Of a stretch of 45,774 bases of DNA, positions 20,374 to 29,488 are shown piece after piece. Both the position numbers and the translations under genes were made by a program. A model generated the notes under the pieces. It was not told the origin of the DNA. It was given only the letters and a program-made list of their open reading frames with translations, and ran no database searches. Positions within the stretch are counted from its first letter, which is position 1. Each line of letters begins with the position of its first letter. This DNA comes from Terracidiphilus sp. (GTDB lineage Bacteria; Acidobacteriota; Terriglobia; Terriglobales; Acidobacteriaceae): contig JBAUTX010000105.1 in assembly GCA_049582405.1 (NCBI GenBank), positions 1 to 45,774 on the forward strand, read 5' to 3'.

Positions 20374-22449
20374 ATGCTTGCATGGCGACTCATGGTGCAT
20401 TGCAGTATCCTCGCCGCACTGTGCTTCACCGTGTCTGTTGCGCACGCAGCTGCGGGCGCCGGAATGTCTATGGATGGGGATCGTCCTGCGCTGATGCCGA
20501 TGCCTGCTGCGCTGGAATGGCAGCAGGGAAGTTTCTCCATCAACGGGTCATTCTCTGTCCGGTTTACGACGACGCACGACGACGTACTGGAGCGGGCCAC
20601 GCTGCGGGCGCTGACGCGACTCGAGGCCGAGACGAACGTCCAGATCAGCAAAGACCTCGGCAGCGACGCAGGTGCGTTGTCCATTGACGTCGCGCATCCG
20701 GCCGAAGCAGTGCAGTCTCTCGATGACGATGAGTCGTACAACCTGATCGTGAGTCCGGATGGGATTCGCCTGCAGGCGCCTACGGATCTCGGTGCACTGC
20801 ATGGCTTGCAAACCCTGCTCCAGCTGGTGCAACACACGCCGGGCGGCTTCCTCATTCCCGCAGTGACAATCCATGACCAGCCGCGGTTTCGCTGGCGAGG
20901 GCTGATGATTGACTGCGGAAGGCACTTCGAGCCAGTGCCTGTGATTCTGCGCACGCTCGACGGGATGGAAGCCGTCAAGCTCAATGTCTTCCACTGGCAC
21001 TTGACGGAGGACCAAGGGTTTCGGGTGGAGAGCCTGCGCTTTCCCGGGCTGCAGCAGATGGGGTCGGATGGCCTGTATTACACGCAGGCGCAGATCCGGG
21101 AGGTTATCGCCTATGCGCATGCGCGCGGCATTCGTGTGGTGCCGGAGTTCGATATGCCGGGCCACACCACGAGCTGGTTTGTGGCCTATCCCGAGTTAGC
21201 CAGCGGGCCCGGTCCTTATACCGTACAGCGGCGCTTTGGCATTCACGATCCAGCGATGGATCCCACGCGCGAAAGTACATACAAGTTTCTCGACAGCTTC
21301 ATTGGTGAAATGGCGGAGCTCTTTCCCGATGCATACATGCACATTGGCGGAGATGAGAGCAACGGCAAGCAGTGGCTCTCGAATCCGCAGATCCGGGCAT
21401 TCATGCAAGCGCACGGCATTGAGAACACGGCCGGGCTGCAGGTTTACTTCAATCAGCACCTGCTCAAGATTCTGACGAAATATCACAAACACATGGTGGG
21501 ATGGGACGAGGTGTTTACGCCCGGCTTGCCGAAGGACATTGTGGTGCAGTCATGGCGCGGTGTTGCGTCTCTTGCGCAGGGAGCGAAAGAAGGCTATCAG
21601 GGCATCCTTTCCGCTCCGTACTATCTCGACGGCATGCACAGCGCGGCGACGCACTACCTGGCCGATCCGATTCCGGCAGACACTGACCTGACCGCGGAGC
21701 AGCAGAAGCTGATCCTGGGCGGCGAGGCCTGCATGTGGGGCGAACAGATTGCGGCGTGGACAATTGACTCGCGCATCTGGCCGCGCACGGCTGCGATTGC
21801 GGAACGCTTCTGGTCTCCGGCGAAGCTGCGGGATGTGCCGGATATGTACCGGCGGCTGGAAGCGATGACGCTTCGGCTGGATGCGCTGGGTCTGGAGCAT
21901 ATCTCCGGTCCGCAGCGTCTGCAGCGCCAGCTTGCGGGGGAAGTCTCATCGCCGGAGCTTGGAGAGCTGCTCGCGGCGGTGGAGCCTGTCAGCTTTGGTG
22001 AGCGATACAACCTGCAGCATACGGATCAACTCACGCCGCTCTATGGAGTGGTGGACGCTGCCACGCCCGATCCGCCGTTGCGCCATGAGTTTGCCGAGGC
22101 AGTGCAGGCGGTGCTTGCAAATCCGGCGAACTCTGCTGAAGACAAAGACCGGCTGAAGGAGTGGTTCCGCACCTGGCGCGAGACGGACCCGGCGCTGAGC
22201 CTGTGGATGGATCGCTCCCCCACGCTGGCGCCCTACGCCGTGGAGGTGCACGACCTGGGCGAACTGGGCATCCTGGGCACCGAAGCTCTGGCCTATCTGC
22301 GCGGGCCGGTCAGCGCGGCACCGGGATGGGAGAAGGATGCGCTGGCGCAAGTGCAGGCCATCGAGCAGCGCAAGAGCTTAATCCGCTTTGTCGTTCTGGA
22401 GCCCATGCGGCAGCTGATACAGGCGGCCGCAGCAAGGGCAGGGAATTGA
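20374..22449 (+). CDS. Beta-N-acetylhexosaminidase (GH20)
   Basis: GGAG before ATG 20374; DESYNL, IHDQPRFRWRGLMIDCGRHF, KLNVFHWHLTEDQG, PEFDMPGH, catalytic HIGGDE, LGGEACMWGE, IWPR. Confidence 0.95.
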   Translation: MLAWRLMVHCSILAALCFTVSVAHAAAGAGMSMDGDRPALMPMPAALEWQQGSFSINGSFSVRFTTTHDDVLERATLRALTRLEAETNVQISKDLGSDAGALSIDVAHPAEAVQSLDDDESYNLIVSPDGIRLQAPTDLGALHGLQTLLQLVQHTPGGFLIPAVTIHDQPRFRWRGLMIDCGRHFEPVPVILRTLDGMEAVKLNVFHWHLTEDQGFRVESLRFPGLQQMGSDGLYYTQAQIREVIAYAHARGIRVVPEFDMPGHTTSWFVAYPELASGPGPYTVQRRFGIHDPAMDPTRESTYKFLDSFIGEMAELFPDAYMHIGGDESNGKQWLSNPQIRAFMQAHGIENTAGLQVYFNQHLLKILTKYHKHMVGWDEVFTPGLPKDIVVQSWRGVASLAQGAKEGYQGILSAPYYLDGMHSAATHYLADPIPADTDLTAEQQKLILGGEACMWGEQIAAWTIDSRIWPRTAAIAERFWSPAKLRDVPDMYRRLEAMTLRLDALGLEHISGPQRLQRQLAGEVSSPELGELLAAVEPVSFGERYNLQHTDQLTPLYGVVDAATPDPPLRHEFAEAVQAVLANPANSAEDKDRLKEWFRTWRETDPALSLWMDRSPTLAPYAVEVHDLGELGILGTEALAYLRGPVSAAPGWEKDALAQVQAIEQRKSLIRFVVLEPMRQLIQAAAARAGN

Positions 22450-22451
22450 CG

Positions 22452-24125
22452 ATGGAGCGGAGACGCTTTCTGGCTTCGCTGTTTGGCATGTCCTTCGCAG
22501 CACCATGGCTGGAATCTGCCTTGCGTGCTGGCGCGGAAGATCTCCGCCCGCATCCTCCTCTTGCTATGCCCAGCGCGGACCAGCTTGCATGGCAGGATCT
22601 GGAATTCGGCATGTTTGTACACATTGCGCCCAACACATGGCAGGGCGTGGAGCAGGACAATCTGAGCACGCCGCTCTCCCAGATCCACCCCCAGCAGCTC
22701 AATACCGATCTGTGGGCTGCGACCGCCGTCGCGCTCGGAGCGAAGTACATTGTCTTCGTTGCCAAGCACTCAGGCGGCTTCTGCATGTGGCAGACGCAGA
22801 CGACAGACTACGGCATTCGCAATACGCCGTGGCGCGGCGGGCGCGGCGATGTCCTGGCCGAGGTCGCAGCATCGTGCCGCAAGTACGGCCTCAAGCTCGG
22901 CGTTTATGTTTCCCCGCGCGATGCGAGCCAGGGTGCGGATACGGGCGGCCGTTGCAAAACGCAAGCCCTTCAGGAAAAGTACAACGCTCTTTATCGCAGG
23001 CAGCTGACGGAAGTGCTCTCGCGCTACGGCGAGATGGTGGAGATCTGGTTCGATGGGTCCAGCGTTGTGCCGGTGGGCGACATTCTACAGACCTATGCTC
23101 CACACGCCATGATCTTCCAGGGGCCGCACGCGACGATTCGCTGGACGGGGAATGAGGACGGCTTTGCACCGTATCCTGCGTGGAATGCGATCTCCGCTGT
23201 GGATGCCGCTACCGGCATTGCGACGGCGCTCAACAGCGATCCCAAGGGATCCATCTGGCTTCCGAACGAAGTGGATGTCTCCATTCTGAGGCCGAACTGG
23301 TTCTGGAGCGCGGAGAGGCAGCGAAATCTGCTCTCGCTCGACGCGCTGCTGGAAATTTACTACCGGTCCGTGGGGCGCGGCGCGCAGTTGCTGCTGAATC
23401 TCCCGCCGGATCGCACTGGTTTGCTGCCCGAAGAAGACTGTGTTCGTGCAAAGCAATTTGGGAACGAGATTCGCCGCCGGTTCAACCGCTGTATTGCAGA
23501 GACCGCTGGCACCGGAGCAACCGTCCCATTGCCGCTGAAAGCCGGCACACGTTTTGACACAGTCATTCTGCAGGAGGATTGCAGCCTGGGGGAGCGTGTG
23601 CGCAGCTATCGCGTGGAAGCGCGCAGCGCAACGGGATGGACAACCATTGGCACAGGATCGGCAATTGGACACAAGCGCATCCAACCGGTTCCTTCAACCG
23701 TTGCAGACGAGGTTCGGCTTGTGGTGACGGAGGCGGCTGCGCCACCAGTGATGCGACGCCTCGCGGTCTTTGAAACTGGATCTGCTCCTCCTGCCAACTG
23801 GAATGCTCCGGCGACCTTGTGGGCCTTTGATAAAGTGGGCACGTGGAGTCGCCATCTCTTCCATCTGGACTTGTCCAATCGTATCCACGATGCCGCACAG
23901 TACCGGCTCCGCTTTGTACCGGAGGGTGGATGGGGAAGCTGTCAGGAGAGGTTCGACGATGCGGTCCTGCTGATGGATGATCTTCAACAACCCAAGTTAT
24001 TGCGGCGTGCCGGGGAGTCTTCCGATGCGCTGATTTTGACGATCCCAGGGCTGGGCCAGAAGATCGTGGTTCAGGGTCGCGTGGCGTGCGCGGAGAGCGG
24101 CAGCATTCTCATGCAGAAGCTCTGA
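22452..24125 (+). CDS. Alpha-L-fucosidase (GH29), Tat-exported
   Basis: ERRRFLA signal; QLAWQDLEFGMFVH, VAKHSGGFCMW, EIWFDG (nucleophile), YYRSVGRGAQLLLNLPPD; starts 2 bp after the GH20 stop. Confidence 0.9.
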   Translation: MERRRFLASLFGMSFAAPWLESALRAGAEDLRPHPPLAMPSADQLAWQDLEFGMFVHIAPNTWQGVEQDNLSTPLSQIHPQQLNTDLWAATAVALGAKYIVFVAKHSGGFCMWQTQTTDYGIRNTPWRGGRGDVLAEVAASCRKYGLKLGVYVSPRDASQGADTGGRCKTQALQEKYNALYRRQLTEVLSRYGEMVEIWFDGSSVVPVGDILQTYAPHAMIFQGPHATIRWTGNEDGFAPYPAWNAISAVDAATGIATALNSDPKGSIWLPNEVDVSILRPNWFWSAERQRNLLSLDALLEIYYRSVGRGAQLLLNLPPDRTGLLPEEDCVRAKQFGNEIRRRFNRCIAETAGTGATVPLPLKAGTRFDTVILQEDCSLGERVRSYRVEARSATGWTTIGTGSAIGHKRIQPVPSTVADEVRLVVTEAAAPPVMRRLAVFETGSAPPANWNAPATLWAFDKVGTWSRHLFHLDLSNRIHDAAQYRLRFVPEGGWGSCQERFDDAVLLMDDLQQPKLLRRAGESSDALILTIPGLGQKIVVQGRVACAESGSILMQKL

Positions 24126-24319
24126 TGCGCGGTGGACAACGCGGGCGACTCCAAACCATCAGCTTGTCCGCAGGCGTCCATCTCTATTTGATTCCCAATT
24201 GCCCCAATTCTTGCGTTTCTTCCAGCGGGCAAGAGAGGTCCGGATTGCTTTGGTTGTATGAACACGCTGTCTGAGGGGCTTCGCAACGGGCGAAGCGCTT
24301 TTGCTTCATACTGTTCGAC

Positions 24320-25972
24320 ATGCAACCAATCGCAGAAGAGAGGCGCCCTGTCCCCGATACGGCAAGCTGCTGCGAAGCTTTGGTATTGGGTTACCAGGGC
24401 ACACTCATCCCGGATTCTGCTCACTCGGCGACGGCAACTGCGGGCATCAATGAGGCCGATTGTATCCCTGAGTTCTCGCTCGCACCCTGGCTGGAAAGTG
24501 CATCGCGGAAGCTCGGTCTTCGGCTCTCCGCTGAACGGTTGGACGGCCGAGGGGAGCGCATCGATATTGGCGCATGGATCGACGCGCTGAGGGAGCGGCT
24601 CACGGGGACGCTGACGCAGGTCTTGGCTGTCTGCCCAGATTTGACTGAGCAGCAGGTTGCGCATCAATTCCCGTTGCTTTCGACCCTGCTGAAATGCGTC
24701 ATCTCCGAGTGGGTTGACGCGATCGCCGTATTCCATCGCAGGCTGCACAGCGATGCTGCTCGCCTGGCAGAGTGGCTTGGTTACACGAGGTTGCCTGGCC
24801 TGGCCTCGCTCACTCCTGCCAGTTCAGACCAGCATGATGGCGCGCACACAGTGATGCGCCTCGTCTTTCGCGATGGACGCTGCGTTTATTACAAGCCTCG
24901 CCCTGTGACCGGCGAGTGGCTTTGGGATCGTCTGGTGCACGCGGTCAACGTCCATTCTTCGCTGCAGCTTGCTTCAGCCCCAGCGCTCGCAGGCCCAGGT
25001 GGCCAATACGGATGGATTGCGTCGCTGCGGCCTCATGGCCAGTTGCAGCACTGGGACAAAGGTTCCGCCGAAGCAAGCGAATACTGGCGAGCCGCAGGCG
25101 CGATGCTGTGCCTGGCCGAGCATGTCAGGATGACCGACCTGCATATGGGCAATGTGATGGCCACCGGTTGCGGTCCTGCTCTTTTCGACGCTGAGTCTCT
25201 GGGGACTCCTCGCACGGATTCCGAGACGCCGGTGAGACGCGAGTCGGAGCTACCGTTCACCACCACGATCCATGACCTGCTGGATACCGGACTGCTGCCC
25301 AGTGAGACCTCAGCAGGGCTGCCGGACACGTCAGGATTGTTTGGAAAAGCTGCGGCCGTGCCGAAGATCAAGATTCCGCGCTGGTCCGCCTGCGCCGGAG
25401 GAGGGCGCCGTGTGGAGATGGTGCCAGCCGCTCTCGTGGACCATGGCAATGCGCCGCCACATACTTCACCCCTGGAGGTGCTGCCGCTGCTTGTGAGCGG
25501 CTATCGTGAAGCGGCACACGCTCTGCTGCGCTGCCGCGAGAGCCTCGTGGCGCCCGGCTCAGCATGGCGCTGGACGCTGGAACACCAGCACGCTCCTCGC
25601 ATCATTCTGCGCGACACTCTGAGCTACAACATTCTTCTCAGCCGGTCCCTGCAACCGAACCAGCTTGAATGCGCGCAGCGTCGCCGGACCGAACTTCGCA
25701 GTGCGCTGCGGGGCCATGGTCATCGAGCTTTGCCGCTGGCCGTTCTGCGCATGGAAGCACGGGTCCTGCTGGGCCTGCATATCCCGCGGTTCACGGCCCT
25801 GCCCGGCTCCCGGACTCTAGCCAGCAACTCCGGCCGCGCACTCGCATTCCGATTTCTCTCGTGCTCCCCCGCCGAGGCAGTCCTGCGCAAGGTTGGTGGA
25901 CTGACCCCGGATCTGCTCACAGAGGTTCAGATTCCGAGCCTGCTGCAAGTCGTTTTCGCGCAGAGCGGCTGA
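24320..25972 (+). CDS. Stand-alone LanM-type dehydratase/kinase domain (DUF4135), no cyclase
   Basis: D170-x-H172...YK192PR, TD273LH275MGN278, FD290AE292SL, TGLLP, RIILRDT, HIPRF; ends at 550 aa with no LanC domain. Confidence 0.85.
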   Translation: MQPIAEERRPVPDTASCCEALVLGYQGTLIPDSAHSATATAGINEADCIPEFSLAPWLESASRKLGLRLSAERLDGRGERIDIGAWIDALRERLTGTLTQVLAVCPDLTEQQVAHQFPLLSTLLKCVISEWVDAIAVFHRRLHSDAARLAEWLGYTRLPGLASLTPASSDQHDGAHTVMRLVFRDGRCVYYKPRPVTGEWLWDRLVHAVNVHSSLQLASAPALAGPGGQYGWIASLRPHGQLQHWDKGSAEASEYWRAAGAMLCLAEHVRMTDLHMGNVMATGCGPALFDAESLGTPRTDSETPVRRESELPFTTTIHDLLDTGLLPSETSAGLPDTSGLFGKAAAVPKIKIPRWSACAGGGRRVEMVPAALVDHGNAPPHTSPLEVLPLLVSGYREAAHALLRCRESLVAPGSAWRWTLEHQHAPRIILRDTLSYNILLSRSLQPNQLECAQRRRTELRSALRGHGHRALPLAVLRMEARVLLGLHIPRFTALPGSRTLASNSGRALAFRFLSCSPAEAVLRKVGGLTPDLLTEVQIPSLLQVVFAQSG

Positions 25973-26086
25973 TTGCGTGGGTGCTGATTGCGCCCCATGA
26001 GGCGACGTGTTAGAGTGATGGGCACGTCGCGTTTCCCCCAACGCCTTCAGCGAACGGACACCCGCAACCATAAGAAAGGCACGGTC

Positions 26087-26290
26087 ATGACCAACTTCGA
26101 GCGCCTGCAATCGGCGGGTCTCATTGAGATTCAACATTCCCTGACTGCCGAGGAAATCACCAGCATCAACCAACTGTCCGCTGCTGAAGTGGATGCGCTG
26201 ATTTCAGTGCGCGCCAAGTTGGGAGACGACTTCTTTAACCGCAAGGTCAAGGTCGGCGACTCTCATCGCATGGGAACCATGGCTCTGTAA
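26087..26290 (+). CDS. 67-aa small protein, candidate RiPP precursor or enzyme partner
   Basis: AAGAAAGG RBS-like site before ATG 26087; MTNFERLQSAGLIEIQHSLTAEEITSINQLSAAEVDALISVRAKLGDDFFNRKVKVGDSHRMGTMAL; stop lies 9 bp before the next gene. Confidence 0.75.
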   Translation: MTNFERLQSAGLIEIQHSLTAEEITSINQLSAAEVDALISVRAKLGDDFFNRKVKVGDSHRMGTMAL

Positions 26291-26299
26291 GGACTGCCC

Positions 26300-27079
26300 G
26301 TGAACGACCCTTACACGGCGAGTGCAACAACCTGGTCTGAGGCCAGCAGCCGCAGTCATCGGCTGCGCGCAATGTTATCTCTGACGCGAGGCCGCCTCAC
26401 GGAGCTGATTCGTGAGGTGTGGTATCACCCGCGGCTTGGTGACCTCTACCCGGAATTTCTCTTCGCCATGTTGGGTGTCATGGAGGCTTCGGCTCCGGCG
26501 ATGCGCATGGCTGCCAATCGATGTGGCGAGCTTGAAGGCGACCCTCTCTGCGAGCCTCTGCGGGAGTATTACCTCGAGCACGCCGAAGAAGAGCAGGGGC
26601 ATGAGAAATGGCTTCTGGCGGACCTTGCCAGCCTCGGCATCAGCCGCGACCGCGCTTTGCAGCGTTTGCCATACGCCAGCGTTGCTGCGCTTGTGGGCTC
26701 GCAGTATTACTGGATCGAGCATGTTCATCCCGCAGCCTATCTGGGCTATCTCGCAGTCCTCGAACAGCCAGCGGAGGCGGCGTTCCTGAGGGAAGTGCAC
26801 GAGCGCACAGGGATCCCGCTCTCATCGATGTCCTGTCACCTCAATCATGCGGAACTCGATCCGGGGCACGTCACGGAGTTTGATGCTCTGCTTGACACCT
26901 TGCCTCTTAAGCGGGCGCAGGAAGAGTTGATTACAGTAAGCGCCATTACGACCATCGGCCATCTTGAGAAGGTGTTTACGGACATCGTGGAACGTTTCGG
27001 GCGCATCTGGAGCCCAGCCTTGCGCGATACCGTCTTCACCGTCAGCGAGACGGCGGCCGCTGCGACGGTTGCGCTGTAA
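26300..27079 (+). CDS. Heme-oxygenase-like diiron oxidase (iron-containing redox enzyme, CADD/PqqC-like fold)
   Basis: All-helical; EHAEEEQGHEKWLLADL (E98/H101), LE155, H183-AEL-D187-PG-H190 reproduce the E..H..E..HxxxDxxH dimetal ligand set; AAGGA before GTG start. Confidence 0.85.
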   Translation: MNDPYTASATTWSEASSRSHRLRAMLSLTRGRLTELIREVWYHPRLGDLYPEFLFAMLGVMEASAPAMRMAANRCGELEGDPLCEPLREYYLEHAEEEQGHEKWLLADLASLGISRDRALQRLPYASVAALVGSQYYWIEHVHPAAYLGYLAVLEQPAEAAFLREVHERTGIPLSSMSCHLNHAELDPGHVTEFDALLDTLPLKRAQEELITVSAITTIGHLEKVFTDIVERFGRIWSPALRDTVFTVSETAAAATVAL

Positions 27080-27091
27080 CTCGGTTTTCCG

Positions 27092-29488
27092 ATGATTCCA
27101 GCAATCAGTCCCGGAACTCAGATCCTCCACTACCGCGTTGTCCGGAAGCTCGGCGAAGGAGGAATGGGTATTGTCTTCGAAGCCGAGGATCTGCGGCTCG
27201 GCCGTACCGTGGCCATTAAGCTTTTGCAGAATCTGATCTCGGAGAATGCGGCGATGCGTGCGCGTTTCCTGAGAGAAGCGCGCGCGGCATCGGCGTTGGA
27301 TCATCCGAATCTCTGCACCATTTATGCGGCCGAAGAAACCCCGGAAGGGGCGCTGATGCTGGTGATGGCTTGCTACCGCGGCCAGACGCTCGCGGAACTG
27401 CTGGCCAGGAGCGGAGCTCTCGAGCCCCGAAGCATTCTCGAAATTGGGGGCCAGGTTGCTGCCGGCCTCCATGCTGCCCACATGTCTGGTGTCGTGCATC
27501 GGGACATCAAGCCCGGAAATGTGTTTCTGGTTCAGGGCGGAGGCGTCAAGATTCTCGACTTTGGCCTCTCTCGCATCCTGGACGAAACCCAGTTGACGAT
27601 GTCGCGTCACGTGATGGGAACGCTGGCGTACATGCCTCCGGAGCAGCTTGACGGAAATCAGGTCGATCATCGCGCTGATATCTGGGCACTGGGAGCGGTT
27701 CTCTACGAAATGGCCGCGGGGCATCCGCCATTCCGGCATGCGTCGCCTGCGGCCATTTGCGCTGCCATTTCCCGCGGAGAATATATCCCCCTCCACGAGG
27801 TCCGTCCGAATCTGCCGCTTTCGCTGATGAAAGCCGTTGAGCGGTGTTTGCGGGTGCAACCACACGCGCGTCACAGCTCCGCTGCAGAGCTCTTGCAACT
27901 TCTCAACCAGGAAGCGGTCTCTGAAACCGCGGAAGCACCCCCCGGACACGCTCCGGCGCCCACTACCGGAGTTTCTTCTCAAGTGCGGATCCATCCGGTG
28001 CAGACAGATTGGATCTCCACAATCCAAACTGAGCCGGATCGCGAGGACAGGTTCGGCAAGACCATGGATGCGGGAGTGTCCATCGCTGTGCTGCCGATGC
28101 GTAATCTCAGTTCGGATCCAGACAGCGAATACTTCAGCGATGGACTCACGGAGGAACTGATTGGCGCACTCGGGACGATCGTCGGGCTGAGAGTCGTCTC
28201 CCGCACATCTGCGTTTGCCTTCAGGGGGACGACGAAAGACATCCGCGAAATTGGAGAGGCTCTGCAGGCTCAGGTCATTCTGGAAGGGAGCGTGCGTCGC
28301 TCCGGATCGCGCGTGCGCGTGAATACACAGCTCACCGATGCTCGTACCGGTTTCCATCTCTGGTCATCTCCCCGTTTCGACAGGGAGATCTCGGATGTCT
28401 TCGAGTTACAGGACGAAATCGCGTCCTCCGTGGCCTCTGCCCTGGGCGAAACCGTTGCACGGCATCTGAGCCTCTCTGGCCCGGTGCCGGCGACGCCGAT
28501 GCGTTCCGAAGCCTACGAGGCTTATCTCAAGGGGCGCTATCACTGGAACCGCAAGACGATTGAGGATATCCAGCTTGCAGGTCGCTACTTCGAACAGGCT
28601 CTGCAACTCGATGAGAACTCTGCGGCGGCCCATGCAGGTTTGGCCGACTACTACTGTCTGCAGGGCAGTCTGGGCCTGATGCCACCGCACGAAGCGTGGA
28701 GTCTCGCGCGCTCGTCCGCGCTGAAAGCAATCCGGCTCGACCCCCAGCTGCCGGAGGGACACATTGCTCTGGCGTCGGTGCTGCAGTTTTACGACTGGAA
28801 CTGGGAGGATGCCCGCCAGCACCTGGTGAAGGCAATTGAACTGCGGCCTCAACGTGGCGACTCCTACTACATTTATGTCACGTATCTCCTCATTCACGGC
28901 CTGCTGGAGGAAGCGCTGGAGCAGGTCCGCATCGGGCTCAGCTACGACCCTCTCTCTGCACCGCTTCTCGCTGAAGAAGCCATTCTCCGAGCCTACATGG
29001 GAGATCACGATACGAGCATTCTGTTGGCGCAAAGCGCCCTGGAGGCTTCGCCGCATTATTTCGAGCTCTATTACGCGCTGGGCATTGCGCAGACCCAGAG
29101 CGGCCGTCTCCATGAAGCCGTGCAAACGTTTGAAGCAGGGATCGCAAAGAGCCACATGCCCGTGCTGATGGGATGGCTGGCCGAAGCGCACATGCAAAAC
29201 GGAGATCCGGGAAAAGCGCGTCTTGTGCTGAGCCAGCTTCTCGACCATGAGAAGAATGGCACGGCTCTTCCCGTGGCCATCGCCGTCGCTGCCGTGTCCG
29301 TGGGCGAGATGGACCTCGCATTTAAGTGGCTTGAGAAGGCGGCGGAGAGCAAAGACATTTTGCTCTCCTACATCACCGTGCTCCCCAGTCTCAGGCAGTT
29401 GCATGACGATCCGCGCTATCATCGGTTGCTCCAGCGGATGAACCTCAATCATCCTTCCACTCACAGGAGACATCATGCTGCTCGGTAG
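27092..29488 (+). CDS. Hanks-type Ser/Thr protein kinase with TolB-like/adenylate-cyclase-associated domain and TPR repeats
   Basis: LGEGGMG, VAIK, HRDIKPGN, DFG, YMPPE, DIWALG; SIAVLPMRNLSSDPDSEYFSDGLTEELI; AYEAYLKGRYHWN TPR array; no obvious TM segment. Confidence 0.93.
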   Translation: MIPAISPGTQILHYRVVRKLGEGGMGIVFEAEDLRLGRTVAIKLLQNLISENAAMRARFLREARAASALDHPNLCTIYAAEETPEGALMLVMACYRGQTLAELLARSGALEPRSILEIGGQVAAGLHAAHMSGVVHRDIKPGNVFLVQGGGVKILDFGLSRILDETQLTMSRHVMGTLAYMPPEQLDGNQVDHRADIWALGAVLYEMAAGHPPFRHASPAAICAAISRGEYIPLHEVRPNLPLSLMKAVERCLRVQPHARHSSAAELLQLLNQEAVSETAEAPPGHAPAPTTGVSSQVRIHPVQTDWISTIQTEPDREDRFGKTMDAGVSIAVLPMRNLSSDPDSEYFSDGLTEELIGALGTIVGLRVVSRTSAFAFRGTTKDIREIGEALQAQVILEGSVRRSGSRVRVNTQLTDARTGFHLWSSPRFDREISDVFELQDEIASSVASALGETVARHLSLSGPVPATPMRSEAYEAYLKGRYHWNRKTIEDIQLAGRYFEQALQLDENSAAAHAGLADYYCLQGSLGLMPPHEAWSLARSSALKAIRLDPQLPEGHIALASVLQFYDWNWEDARQHLVKAIELRPQRGDSYYIYVTYLLIHGLLEEALEQVRIGLSYDPLSAPLLAEEAILRAYMGDHDTSILLAQSALEASPHYFELYYALGIAQTQSGRLHEAVQTFEAGIAKSHMPVLMGWLAEAHMQNGDPGKARLVLSQLLDHEKNGTALPVAIAVAAVSVGEMDLAFKWLEKAAESKDILLSYITVLPSLRQLHDDPRYHRLLQRMNLNHPSTHRRHHAAR

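Noticed and set aside
24320..26290. Classical class II lanthipeptide cluster
   Set aside because: No LanC cyclase domain, no Cys in the peptide, no double-glycine leader, no LanT/LanP.
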